A stretch of DNA of 64,000 bases from NCBI GenBank assembly GCA_050084515.1, contig CM114271.1, forward strand, positions 37,014,001 through 37,078,000, in the 5' to 3' direction. Both the position numbers and the translations under genes were made by a program. Source of the DNA: Blasia pusilla (Eukaryota). The notes beneath the pieces are model-generated. The model ran no database searches and was not told the DNA's origin. It was given only the letters and a program-made list of their open reading frames with translations. Numbering within the stretch: the stretch's first letter is position 1; the number at the start of each line of letters is the position of its first letter. Shown here one piece after another: positions 1 through 13,610 of this stretch.

Positions 1-970
1 AATTGGTAATGATTTTGGATGCGGTGAGTATTGAATTACGTTCACATTGTCCATGCTTATGGTAGGCTAACTTCTTACCATCCAAGCTATGAAGATATGC
101 TTATAATGGAATCAACGACGGATCCCTACTTACAACTTTAGATTCATTATGAATTTAGCTCTCACTCAAGATGATATACAACCATTGGTGTTGGTAAATA
201 GGATGGGCAAATAAGGACAATGTTACCTATAGTAGTGATTGTTTTGGTATCTCGAGCTTTTCTTCAAGGAGGACCTAATATAGTACGGGGTGAGCAAACA
301 CATATGCTATTGGAGCCCAACGTCAACAAGCAAGAGCGGTTTGTAAAGTCTCCATATATATGAAAGTGATGGCTATAATGTTAGAGGCATTATAGAGATA
401 TATGTAATATCATTTTGGATTCAATCATACTCATAGCTTTTGAGTATGATTTTTTTCTTTTATCTTTTAAAGAGAAAATATAATATTTAACATAGAGATA
501 AAACATATCATTTTTTGGTGTTAGAGGGGGTATGCCTTCAAGATTCCTTATATTAGAGGGTCATGATGGTATCATTTAGAAAGATTACTTGCAGTTTTTG
601 TACCATGTCATCTTCTCACTGATGGGAATATTGATCCTAGTTTGGTAGTGGTTCCAACAACCTTGAGATATATGCCATGTGGGTCTCCTAGGGAAACAAC
701 CATGATGTTAGTCCATGATTGATGTTGTCTTCATTGACATTTCCTCTTGATTTGGTTCCTTATGAACATTGGATTTATCCTAGATGTTCCAATTTTTTAT
801 GGGTGGATTACAAGATGAATCTTGATATTATAGATTACATGAAGGCGACTAATGGTCAATGCGATGACAAAACAACCAATATCCTCATCTTAGAACCAAT
901 AATATGCATAATATCTATATTTGTTTTGTAGACTATAGGAAGTTAAAGAGACCTAACCACAATTTAGTGG
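1..970 (+). mobile_element. Highly decayed relic of the MTase/PHD-type Gypsy-like element (3' part of MTase joined to integrase C-terminus/PHD and 3' UTR)
   Basis: Manual translation near 18-75 gives DAVSIELRSHCPCLW*ANF, matching DAASVGSRAHRPRLWWTNL. Near 310 it gives LEPNVNKQERF, matching VEPNADEREQAMGF. At 555-690 it gives EGHDGII*KD..PCHL..GNIDPSLVVVPTTLRYMPCG, matching the integrase tail/PHD start. AGAGACCTAACCAC at ~947 matches the 3' UTR motif GGGACCTAACCAC of the other copies. Confidence 0.7.
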
Positions 971-3900
971 GGAAATACCATGAAGTTACTTGAAGGGAGA
1001 TTATACACTTGAGAAGACTCACTTAGGAGCCCATGTTTAGATATCCAAGTCAAAGAGTGAAATCCATTATACTATGCAGTGAAGCTATGCTTGAGTATTA
1101 AGCTTGGATACTCTTGTGTTAAAAATAGGTTATGATTGATATAAAAAATCACACATTTATACTTGGAGTATATTGATCTCATGTCTCTTTGTTAAGAGTA
1201 TGATATGTATGTTTATTATTTCTCGACTACATTTGGAATACATGCAATGCTAGAACATTATAAGGAAGTGTTTTTCATAGCTTCCGAAGCTAATTGGCTA
1301 TGAATGTTATGTAGCGATAAACTTCATTTCACTTTTAGAAGAGTGAAATTGGGTTTATAGCTATATGACATATTTATTTCTAAAGGGCATGTTTATTGGA
1401 TGTGTCTAGTCGTTTAGGTATAGATATTCTAAGATTCATAAGATAGATGGATATTAGATATGTCTCGATGACATCTGACATATGTTGGTTAATAATATGT
1501 ATTGGTAGAAGAAAAATCAAAAAAGGAGAAATACGGATACATATTATTAATGAAATATTTGTGGCCACGAAAATTTTTCTAGCAAGCTTTCCCTACTAGA
1601 TATTTTTGGGTGAATTTGTTTATATTTGAAATTTGATATTAAAATATTTTCATGCGGAGATTTCTTGCAAGCCAAAAAAGAAAGAACTACCTACTAAACC
1701 CCTTGGACATAGGTCATACTTTTGTATTTAAATTCGCAAGAAGCTTATATATATATGATCAAAATTTTTGAAAATAGTATAGTAAGAACTAGGAAATTTT
1801 CTTATCTTTTGCTTTAAGAAAAAGAATTTTTTCCCTCCTTGATTTGGGAAAAAAGAAATCCTCTTTTGCTTTTCCAACCCCCATCTATAAAAGAAAACTA
1901 TCCTTATCATTTTGAAAAAAATCCCACCATTCTCTTGTTCCTTTGTTTTTTACTCAAAGGTTCAATTTTCTTCCAAAATGGAGTTTATTTTCCCCTCCCA
2001 AATTTTTTTAAATATTTATGAAAAATTATATATAGGAAGAATAATTAATAGGAGGGAAACTAGAGAATTAAGTGGAGAAAAGGGGAAGTTCTAAATCTTG
2101 ATTATTTTAGGAATAAAAGGTAATACAAGGCCAAAAAATGATACTTATAATAAGCCTAATAAATGAGTAACTACCATATGAAGCCCTTAGATAGGTTTGG
2201 CTATCTTCTTGAATATTTAAATTATGGATTTTCATAACCAAGAAAATAATATAAATAAAATTTCAACATTGCAACCATGATTCATTAGTAATTAAAAAAT
2301 GCCACATGCTTGTTATAAATATTTTTTGTTTGATCAGGCCAACAATATGTTTGACCATTTGACATAAGCTGAATTTGTTAGATAATCTACATTCCTTCAT
2401 CCTTACAATTGATATATTTGAAACAAAGTGAACTTGTTATGAAGGGCCTCTACAAACAACTCCTTTATTTCTTCTTTTTTCCCTAGGTTCATCTAGCCTA
2501 TCAATTCAATTCGCAACTCACACTGTCGTCCCACACAAATTTCTTCCTTTCTCAAAGACAACACTCTAATTTAGATTGAGACCTTAGCAAACAACAATTT
2601 TGCAAAGCTAATGTTTCTTCTTGAGTCTAGTCGGAAAATAGAAGGGTATGCTTGTGAATTTTTCCAAAGTAAACTCATGCGATGATTATTTGTGGCATGA
2701 AAATGATGGAATCCGGATGGTCACGTCAACTTACAACCCATTCCCATGCACGACTAAACCTAAGTCCTCATATGATGTGATCATAGGATCACATCATATG
2801 AAGACCCAATCACATATAGCAACGAGCCTAGATCCTAATATGAATACCTCCAATGCGAACCCGCTTTTGTTAAAAATTAGTCAATTGACTCGAATTATAA
2901 GGACATTGTAAATTTGACTCCCAGATTTTGATCCGGTTAAAAGTTATGGATAATTTGATTTGAAAAATAAAAATAAAAATGATTTAATTAATTTAAAATT
3001 TCGGAGATAGGTGCGGGTGGGACCAGTTGTTAAGACGCAGCGTAGCAGGTACGGAGCTTGAGATGTACCGGTCACCGCGGTGGTCCGTGCACGTCGTATG
3101 CGACTCTGCGGTGCTGTGCTCTGCGCTTTGAAATGAGCTCCAAAACCCGTCCCGAGACCGACCGGCGATCGCTCCACCCTGACCGCCAGACTGCGGGAGA
3201 CTGACCCCCGGTAAATTAAGCATCTCGCCATCCATGGAGAGGATGGATGGATTCGGTGTATCCATCCTCTGGTTTGGGTAACCAGAGGATGAGTTAACCC
3301 CTGCAGGCTCCCCGTGGCATGAGAAACGGACGGACGCAAGATAAGGGCGGGAGCATTCCGTGAATGGAACTGCCGTTAACTATGGTAAGCGAACTCGACA
3401 GCTAAAGGAAGGAACGGATGTGCGCTAGACGAGTACGAAATGCGGTTAGGGTTGAGAGGAGGTACCGATTCCGATAAGCACGCGCGGGGCAGACAGAGGC
3501 ATGAGAGGACCACACGTCGAAATGTTGCCATCAGCAGTAATGCATCGTTGACAGTGGTGATAACGAAAAATAACCAACGGAATTGCCGGGGGACTGCATG
3601 CGGAAGTCGGGAATATTATTGCCTGCGCTTCCCTTGAACGGTGGCCAAACTCCGACAGCGAGAACGCAGAAGCCTATGATTCCTCGTTCATCGACACTAG
3701 AAGTTTTTCGGTTTTGCTGGACAGACGGAGAGATCCATCGTCAATCGTTTACCAACCGTACGTGAGGCTTCATCGTGAAGCCCCACGTAGTCCTCCTCAT
3801 TGAATGCTCGGTCGGGCAGGTTACACCCAATTTTTAACAATATACAATTATGATACATTCGCCAAAACCTACGCACAACAAAGATTCTTGACAGAAGGAC

Positions 3901-5714
3901 TAGAACCTTGAGCTGCGATACCTTCATCGCGAAAGTTAAGAGTTCTCCGGAATCCAGAAACTTCAGCCTGTCCTTTACAGGGCAACCGAGCCATGCTAGA
4001 TAGCCCTGAGGTCAAGCGCCAATGATGTGAGCGCGTCTCTTCCCAGCGATGTCACATCCCGTCTCCAACTCACAGGCCTTTCACGTACGCATCCTGCGTA
4101 GAAAAGCAGGCGCTCTTGCGCAACGACTCCGGAATGCTCTAGGCATCCCCTAGCGAAACCGAACTCTACGACACGGAACAGGGACCACAAGCCCTTGAGG
4201 CACAGGCACCAACCAACCAACCAATCATCCCAGAGATCCACTACCCTCCCGAGTGTCGCGCTCTCTCTCTCGCTCGCTCGCCCTACTTCGTCTGACCTTT
4301 TCCTTTCGCTCGACCTCATCTCGTCTGGCTCCAACTTCGAAACGAAACGAGACCTTTCGCTTTTGTCCCCGCCTCTTCGTCCCCACTCCCAAAAGAGGGA
4401 GAGGCAGGTTTGCAGTGTGCGCTAGAAACCATATGAAGTCCGCCCGTCTCACCAGTCGAGTGGGTTGGTGACCTGTAACAAGACCACTGCCCGTGTGGGA
4501 GAATATGAGTTCACCTTGCGTCATGCTCCACTGCTGGCAGCCATCATGTTTCCTTGTCGCGTCTCTTTCCACCGGTTACATATGCAAAGGCCGTACACTT
4601 CCAGCGACGGCCTCGGACGGACGGACGGACAGACACTGCGACTTTCGTACAGGGGACGGGCTACTTTGTCCGGTTTTCGTCCCGTCTATTGGGCTTAATT
4701 TAGTAGTAATTTAATATTGATGGTTCGTATGATATGACTATGATATAGTTGTATTCTTAATATTTTTGAGGCGAGTTTAGCAAATCTTAAACTGCAAAAG
4801 ACACATAGGACAATTTTAGTACCTAGTGTGGCGGCCCCAAAAGTGGGGTGGGGTATACGTAGAAAAAAAAAACCCGAAAATGTAAGTGTACATGTACATT
4901 ACAAAAGAAAGTGTCCTATTTGCAGACTTTGCGTAGAAAATTAAATGGTATTTCGGTGTGGAGATTCCCATCGCACAACCATGGCAAGGCACTACATCGC
5001 TCGCGATTCAATCTCTCTATGAACAGTTTCTTGCCTCTCAAATGTATTGCATGCATGACACCGCTTTATGTACAAGCTAACTCTTACTAGGAGAACTGTT
5101 GTTGCCTATTTTGGAGGTAAGAAAGTGGAAATTGCAATGGAGGACTATGTAAGACTCTAACACCTTCACCAAGATCAAACATAGTGGGAGATTAATCTAG
5201 GGACCCACAATAAAAAAAGTTAAATTTGTGTCTAGTCTTCAATACAAACCGAGAGACCAATTTTGTGGCGGTGTATAGTTGTCTTCAATCCAAGGGATAC
5301 ACTACTTATGCCTTCCATACAAACCACGGGAGACACTAATGGGAGTCTTCAATCCAAGAGAGACACTACGTAGGCCTTCGATACAAAAAATAGGAGACAC
5401 TACGTATAGCATGGGAAAGTATATCATATACTAATTGGAGAACATACTATACTAATCCGATGGGTATGCTGTAATTATGTAATGCTGATTGTAATGGTTG
5501 AATTTACATAATACGACATACAAAGGATGCTACAATATAAAACTAATCAATACAAAACTTTATAATAATAGACACAAAACCTCTTCTAATGAAGATTGAG
5601 GTTCCAATATGTGATAGACCACGGATAAATTGACAAATTAGTAACGGCGGCCACAACAAGACTTCAATACAAATCCGCGCAGTCTTGGCAAGTGACCGAA
5701 AATCTGAGTTCTAT

Positions 5715-8700
5715 CGGTCCTAAGCTGAAAATCTATTTCAAGCAGTTCAGGTCCATCGCCTGACCCAAGACATGACTTCGTGATGCCTCTGATAGTGAAG
5801 GTATTGTCGTCACTCCGGTAGGGAATCCCATCGCTCGCTCTTGCCCATCGGCGTTGGGCTCCACCAACCTCTGTACTTGGTCATCCCAAACCAAGCCACG
5901 TCCGGCCTCCTTGAATGCATAGGAAGCAAGAAAACTCACAAATATGGGAAAGGCTTCCCGTGGCATGCCAATCCTGTTGACCACAGTCAACGGCGATCGA
6001 TCATCGTGCCTCACTACCTGGATCCAAAATAGAATCCACCAACAAATCGGAGGGGCGCTCCACTCTAGCATACGCCCTCGCAAAACCTCATGTGGGACCA
6101 AGTTGGTCCACCAAAGACGCGGGCGGTGTGCTCTAGAACCGCACTCATGCTTGCAAAACAACCGCTAAACCAGTGATGATCCCTCCAAAGAGATCCAGCA
6201 CGCGAATACCCTTCTTTGGGATGCACCACACAATCGGGGTGGTGTCCAAAGGGGTCATAGCAGCACTCGTGGCTACCTCGGGTTCCTCTGACCCGTCACG
6301 CTCTGAGCCCATATATGGCTCCCAAGTCTCCATCGTGACTACGATAGGACTCTTTGGCGCGGTTGTTGGTGGTTGCTATGCTGCAACCCCATCTCAGACA
6401 ACAGAAATCTCATCTCCACGTGAAGTACCCAGAACCACGCTCGATGTTGTGGCTACCATCTCCTGGCGTACCTACAAAACATCCCAAGAAGTTCAAGGAT
6501 GTCTCTTCCGATCACCCCTAGTGTGTCGATCTCCTCGGATCTCGCCCCCAGCCACTGCCTCAACCCCACCTCGTCTGCACATGCTCATCATATAAACGTC
6601 GAAGCTCCTCACTCGAGCCCCACAACGGCACCTCTCCTCCACGGAATGATGCAGTTATCATAAGACTCCTCTCCCTAGAAGTGGCAGGCACACGGATATC
6701 CTCTGCATGGACATGCCCCTCAATCAAATCAGAAGGCCACGTGATGGCACTGCTAAATGTTGCTAAAGTCGCCATCTCTCCAAGCCGTCGCTCTATCATT
6801 CCACCTATGAATTGAACAGGTAATGAATTCGTACATCACCGGACTGCCATCCTGGTCTGTAGGACGCTGACTCCTCCCAGTAATCTAGGGAAAATCCCAT
6901 TGGTTACAACATTGCTCCACCAACCAAAATGTTGTAGGACTCTACATCGATCACTATCGCCTTGGCTCGCACCACAGACTCATCTATAGGATGTCCTGGG
7001 TGAATCCTCACCACAATCTCATGTGGGGTGATATATTGTGTGGTACTCGCTCCATCCAAGGATGTTTGTATCTGGAATGGATAACGCTCCACATCGGCTC
7101 TCGTCAAGCACAATCCTCTGAATGACGCTTTCCCCAACATTAGGGGTTGCGCTCCTGAATCCAACAAGACGAGTTGCGGACTAAAAGCTCTACCTCTTGA
7201 ACTCACCAACTGAAAGATCTCTCCCCAGTTATCCAGTGAAACAACGCCACGAGAAGCCATGGCACGCTCTATCACGGCTCTAGCGAGCATCTTGGCCATC
7301 CTAGCAGCCGCAGGCCGCCATGAATCTGACGTGAACGGCCTGAGCGTCAAATCTAAGGGCAGGTCCATCACCTCCTCTCCAATCACCTCTAAACGTGATG
7401 CAAAAAATCCAACGCCACGCTCACATAGCATAGCGGCCAGTCGAAAAACCTCGGCGGGCGTACCTCCCAACGTCATAACATCGAAAGCAGAAAACAAAGG
7501 AGTGCGGTACACAACAGTGGCCGCCACCAACAACGTGCCCGACACATGCTCCTCCTAAGCATCAACAATAGGAGTCGTTGCACTCGTTTCTCCCATCGCC
7601 CTCCGTGCTTGCACACCAATAACATACCAACTCTCCCGAAACTCTGATGAGGACCCATCGATGGGGTCCTCATCACCTTAGACAATGTGGAAGACTGAGG
7701 AAGCCTAGTCTGTTTCTTGGCTTCCCCTGGATGTGGATCCAATTATGCAACTGCTCCACGTATCACAACTAGGCGGCCTCCATCTGGGCAACCCCGCACA
7801 TCCATCCAAGATCCTCCATATCTTTGGCTGCTCCATATGATGTCGATGCCACGGATACGACATCGAGTAATCTCAATGCCATAGCGGAAATCTGCTCATG
7901 TAGCTGCTGTATCTGAGCAACCATCCCAACCTCATGCTCGGCATCTCCCTCGACGCGTCTAGGTGGTGGGACTCTACCTCCTCCACGGGAAACTCCATCA
8001 CCCTAGCGGGCAACTCCAGCTCCTCGTTCCCCAACGGGACCACCTGGTGCATGATCTCTAGGCCCACCCGGACTGGCTACTCGCTCAGATGCCCTCTCCG
8101 GCCCTCACTCCGGACGTAACTCATGGTGTAAACTGAAACACCTGGTGTGTGTGTGACCATACCTCTGACAATAGTCACATTGATAACCTCCTCGTGTAGT
8201 ACCATCTCCTCCTCCATGTTGGGGCACATGTCCATGACCCTTATGAGTGCAATCATGCTGATGATGGGCTCCATCACATGACCAATAAGTAATCGTAGGC
8301 GGCTGCCGCATATGAAGAAGCAGGTCTTTGTGGCATGGCCTCCCGATATCCTCCTTGAGCTCATGGTGCCACAATCGACCTATCTCGGAGTCCACGTTGC
8401 TGCACTCGTGATGCAGGCAATCGTGACTGCTCTCGCCCAGAACCCATGGTGGCTACGCTCTCCTCCGCCATGTTGCGCTCAATGTTCTTGGCGGTCCTAA
8501 AAACATCTCTCAACGTAGATGAGGTTTTCATAAGAAGTACCCCCTCCCACAACCGTGTCCGCAGGGTCCTGTCCAGTATCCAACCCGTGTCCGTAGGATC
8601 CGGTCTATACCATGACTGGATAGCCTGAGCCTCTATCACCCCCTGAGGGACGTTGATCAACCGACGCAAGCGAGTGCAAGCCTCACGCAAACTCTCACCT

Positions 8701-11502
8701 GGGCGCCTGTGGAAGTCGTGGATGCTCCGCAACTTCTCCGTCCGTACCCCGTGGTAGCTCGTCCTCAACTCAGCAAAGAACTCAACCACGAGGTTGAATT
8801 TGGGACAAACCCGACTAGACGGTGCAACTTCCCCAGTGCGAGTTACCCCATCGTCCTCTTCCACTAGTGATGTCTTCCTTTGAGTAAAACATCATTGGTG
8901 GAAGAGGAAGTAGCCTCTCCTGACTCCTCCTCCTCATCTGGGAACGACTCCGTCCATGGCACATCGTGTGGGTCATAGTAGAGTCGCCATGCCTCAATCT
9001 CTTGGGCATATATGTGGGAGAACTCATGGTAATCGTCCATGGGTGCCCCCTCTAAATGCTAGAATATACCATTCCATGATGTAAACGGGTTGAACTCTCT
9101 AGAGTTCCTAGCCCGTTGTGAGTTGCACGAACTCCTAAACTCCGCGATGAAGTTGTTCATCTCTATTGTGCCTACTGCACCTGAGAACCTATGCGGTCCT
9201 CTATCCCGGTCGTCCATCTTGTATGCCCAAGCAATAGGACTACTCAACGTGAGTGGCAAAGCACTACTCAAATCCTCTACGTCATCCTCCTCGTCTGAAG
9301 ATGACAAAGAAGGAGGTCGAGATGGTCCCGTACGTGGAGACCCTCGAAACCTCGCGCCACTCCGCGTAAATCCTCTAGAGCTACTCTCCGGTCCTCCACC
9401 TCGCCTCTCGAAGTCCCAAAAGGACGCCGTTATGACCCTCGTGCCCCCCTCACACGATCACTCTCAACCTCGCGAGTAATCATGCAATCACTCAATCTAA
9501 CATGCGGCACTCAAGCTACACTCTCTCACCAAGATGTGTGTTGTGCGGCAACAAGCGACGTGGTGCGGAAAATCAACTGATCTATAGTCTTATCGATAAA
9601 CCATCCTCAACTATGGACATCCCACACAGGTCTATGTCCCCTCAACCCATACGTCATCAATGCTCTCAACATCAGCACGAAACCCAATATCCTAAATAAC
9701 TTCCCAATACCCAAAATTCCCTCACACGTGCAGGGTAAGAGACTAGAATGGATAACCTGACAATAATGTCGATGTCGCTCCTCGGCAACTGCAAATCTCG
9801 ACCCCAACTCGATCGTGAAGACAACTCCTCCAATCAGCTAGTCGTACTCCTCTCGTACTAACGGTCCTCAAACCTCCTCAATATGCGGTGCGGATCCATC
9901 GGTACGGTGCGGCACTGGTGGCACTCAAGGGCTACAGAACGGCACGGCACTCGATAATGGAATGCAGCACTACGCGGCATATCCTCCTCAATCAGCAATA
10001 CACATGCTCTGCTCCTTAGTGAAGGAGCGGCTCCACGATCGAGACGGTGCGGTGCGGCACGGCGCGGAAATTGGTAGCACGTTGCGGCTACAGGTGTCAC
10101 GAGCACGGTACTCGATTGTCCTCGAGCGGCTACCAATCACAACATAGGATAATGAAATGAAAACTCAAACACCATAACCCAAGTTTACATATCATCATTG
10201 GTTGATGACAAAATTGCGATGACAGTGGTGACCAAAATAAAGTACGTGGTGTCGGCACAAGTGAGAGAATCAACGGTCGTCGTGGAAGACCCTCCACTCC
10301 GTAATGGCGGCAATGACAACCAAGGGTGGACAACGGCCGAATGAGACTCTGAGCAGTGCTAGGCGGCGGCCGACGGTGGACGGTGGACCATTGACGGTGA
10401 TGGCGGACCGTTGACGGTTGACCATTGACGGTGACTATGACGGCGACGGCCGCCGCCCGCGCGGCGGCTGGTTTAGGGTTTGAATAATTTTACCCTAAAA
10501 ATCGCCTAGCAATGGCAATTTGCAAGATTGACCATAACTTTTTTGTCGCAACTCCAAATCATGCATAGTCTATTGCACAACATGCAAAACTTTACGATCT
10601 ACAACGATATAAAAAATATTTTGAATCAGAAATTCCAGTAAAAACCGACATGGACTGTCGTAAAGCCCAACGTCTCTTTCTCCTACACAAAATTTGGCAG
10701 CGCTTCCGCGCTAATTTCTCCCAACGAAATTGTAAAATATGTGAAAACAAAAATCAACAAGCTACATGGTGCTCCCGAGAGCACCGGCATGGGAAAATTT
10801 GCCCCCATACTCAATCCCTATCAAAAATTGGGTTGCGCTTCCGCGCGCCAATCTTCCACAGGAAAAATCGGCAAAGGAAACATAAAAAATGAGCTGCTCC
10901 GGTGAGCACTCCCATAAACCGTTGAACAAGGAATACGATCCCCAACCTGAAAAACCAGCGAGTGACTAGCGAGCCCAACCCGAAAAACCAACGAGTGACT
11001 AGCGAGCTCCTCTATGGAGCGCTTTCACTCATCTCATTCTCTCTTTGAAAATCAAGATCCAATCTCTCTCAATGTCAACCAAACCCACTCTCCTAATGAG
11101 AGGCTTGGGTTACACACACAAGGCAAGCAAGACCATAGCTCCGTTGCCCCATGCCAAAAGGTTCAACAAAGTGAGAATGAGCTCTCTAACTCTCTCTCCT
11201 TGAGGTATACCCCTCCCCTCTCCCAAGAACTCTCCATGGTAACCTATGCTCCCAAGTCACCCCCTTGGCTCTTGACCTGGTGTAGGAGGTCAAGGGCTAC
11301 TTACCAAAAATATAAAGTCGACCATATACTCAAATGGTACTTTCCTAAAATAGTAAGTTCCTCAATATGGCTCCAAATGAGCCGAAACGAAGGGGAAACG
11401 TGCTCGGGCCTCAACACGTTATCCTCGACCTCTTGAGCCTGTCCTCCACTACTTGTGAAGGCGTTCTACTATATCTCAACGATCTATCCTAAAGACGTGA
11501 CA
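5715..11502 (-). mobile_element. 5' half of MTase-bearing Gypsy-like element, family 1 (X repeat, long 5' UTR, gag, protease, MTase)
   Basis: X repeat at 11046-11502 starts TGTCAC on the - strand. Gag fragments lie in ORFs 9059-9307 and 8361-8864, with zinc knuckle CDYCQRYGHTHTRC in 8105-8395. Protease LLDSGA is in ORF 6904-7545 and the MTase lies at 5733-6230. The region is colinear with 37480-44112. Confidence 0.9.
5733..6230 (-). pseudogene. DNMT3-like C5 cytosine methyltransferase domain, internally deleted
   Basis: Motif I IRVLDLFGGI (ORF 6145-6333) is fused directly to motif VIII RPRLWWTNL and motifs IX-X EPNADGQERAMGFP..T / R.HVLGQAMD (ORF 5733-6161). The PC and ENV motifs are missing. 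Confidence 0.85.
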
Positions 11503-13606
11503 TCCTCGAAACCTCGCACCACTCCGGGTAAACCCTCAAGAGCTACTCTCAGGTCCACTACCTCGCCTCTCAAAATCCCGAACGAACGCCGTGGTGACCC
11601 TCATTCCCCTCTCACACCATCACTCTCAATCTCGCAAGTAATCCCTCAATCACTCAAACTAAACATGCGGCACTCAATTTACACTCTCTTACTAAGACGT
11701 GTGGTGTGCGGCAACAAGCAGCATGGTGCGGAAAATCAACTGATCTATTGTCTCATCGACAAACCATCCTCAACTCTGGACATCCCACACATGTCTATGT
11801 CCCCTAAACCCATACATCATCGATGCTCTCAATATCAGCACAAAACCCAATATCCCAAATAACTTCCCGATACCCGGAAATCCCTCACACATGCAGGGTA
11901 AGAGACCATAATGGGTAACGTGATAATAATGTTGATGTCGCTCCTCGGCAACTGCAAATCTTGACCCCAACTCGGTTGTGAAGACAACTCCTCCAATCAA
12001 CAAGTCGTACTCCTCTCGTACTGAGGCTGCTCAAACCTCCTCGATGTGCGATATAGGTCCAACGGTATGGTGCGGCACTAGTGGCATAAAATGGCTATAA
12101 ATGCCATAACACTCGATAATGGGATACGGCACTCCACGACATACCCTCCTCAATCAGCAATACACACCCTCTACTCTTTAGTGAAGGAGCGGCTCCGCAA
12201 TCGAGACGGTGCGATGAGGCACGGCGTAGAAATCGATGGCGCATTGCGGCTACAGGCGTCATGACACATTGCTCGATCATTTTTGATCGTAATGGACGGT
12301 CTTCCACAATGACCGTTGGAAACCAACGGCCGAACTCGGCTCTGAGTGGCGGTAGGCGGTAGCGGCGATCGACGGTCGAACGTTGACGGCGGATGGCGAA
12401 GATGGACCATTGACGATGACGGTGGATCGTTGACGGCGGACTGTCGATGATGATGGTGGATCATTGATGGTGACGGTGATGGTTGACCATTGATGGCGGA
12501 CCGTTGAAGGCGATAGCCGCCGCCGACGCGGCGGCTAGTTTAGGGTTTGAACAATTTTACCCTAAAAATTGCCTAACAATGGAACTTTTGCAAAATTAGC
12601 CATAACTTTTTGCTCACAACTCCAAATTGCACACTATTTGTTGCACAACGTGAAAAACTTCACGATCTAGGATGGCGTCAAAAAATATTTTGAAGTAAAC
12701 CTTCCAATAAAAACTGACGGGGATTGTCGTAAATCCCAATGTCTCTTCTTCTACATAAATTTTGGTAGTGCTTCCGCGCTGATTTCTCCCAACAAAAATG
12801 TAAAAGCTGTGAAAATAAAAATCAGCAAACCACATGGTGCTCCGGAAAGCACCAGCATGGGGCAACACGCCCCCATACTCAATCCCTATGAGAAATTGGG
12901 CAGCGCTTCCGTGCGCCACTTTCTCACACGAAAAATTGGCACACAAACGTCAAAACAACGTGGCTCTTGCTTCCGTGAGCACTCCCATGAGCCATGAAGC
13001 CAGGAACACGGTCTTCAACCTACACCAAACATCGAGCAACCAGCGAGATCCCCCATGAAGCTCTCTCATCCTCTCATTCTCTCTTTTGTAAAAATAAGGT
13101 GAAATCTCTCTCAACACCATAGCTCTCAAATATGTGTACTCTCACATGTCTCTTTCAATGTCAAACCAAACCCACTCTCCTAGTGAGAGGCTTGGGTTAC
13201 ACACACAAGGCAAGCAAGATCATATATCCGCCGCCTCATGCCAAGAGGTTCAACAAAGTGAGAATGAACTCTCAAGCTCTCTCTCCTTGAGGTATACCCC
13301 TCTCCTCTCCCAAGTTCTCTCCATGGTAACCTATGCTCCCAAGTCACCTCCTTGGCTCTTGACCTGATGTAGGAGGTCAAGGGCCACTTACCAAAAATAT
13401 AAAGTCAACCATATACTCAAAATTGTACTTGCCTAAAAATAGCAAGTTCCTCAATATGGCTCCAAATGAGCCGAAACGAAGGGGAAACCTACTCTCTCAA
13501 GTTTCCTGGGGCCCCAGCACGTCATCCTCAACCTCCAGAGCTTGTCCTCCACTACTCACAAAGGCGCTCTACTAGATCTCACCGATCTATCAAAAAATAT
13601 GTGACA
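11503..13606 (-). mobile_element. Second family-1 5' end (X repeat 13087-13606, 5' UTR and start of gag)
   Basis: 11503-13080 parallels 9343-11045. X runs TGTCAC...TTTTACA on the - strand. The flank CAAG is at 13607-13610. Confidence 0.88.
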
Positions 13607-13610
13607 CAAG

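Noticed and set aside
5230-5410. CRISPR-like repeat array
   Set aside because: The repeats are short, degenerate and irregularly spaced, there are no cas genes, and the context is eukaryotic.
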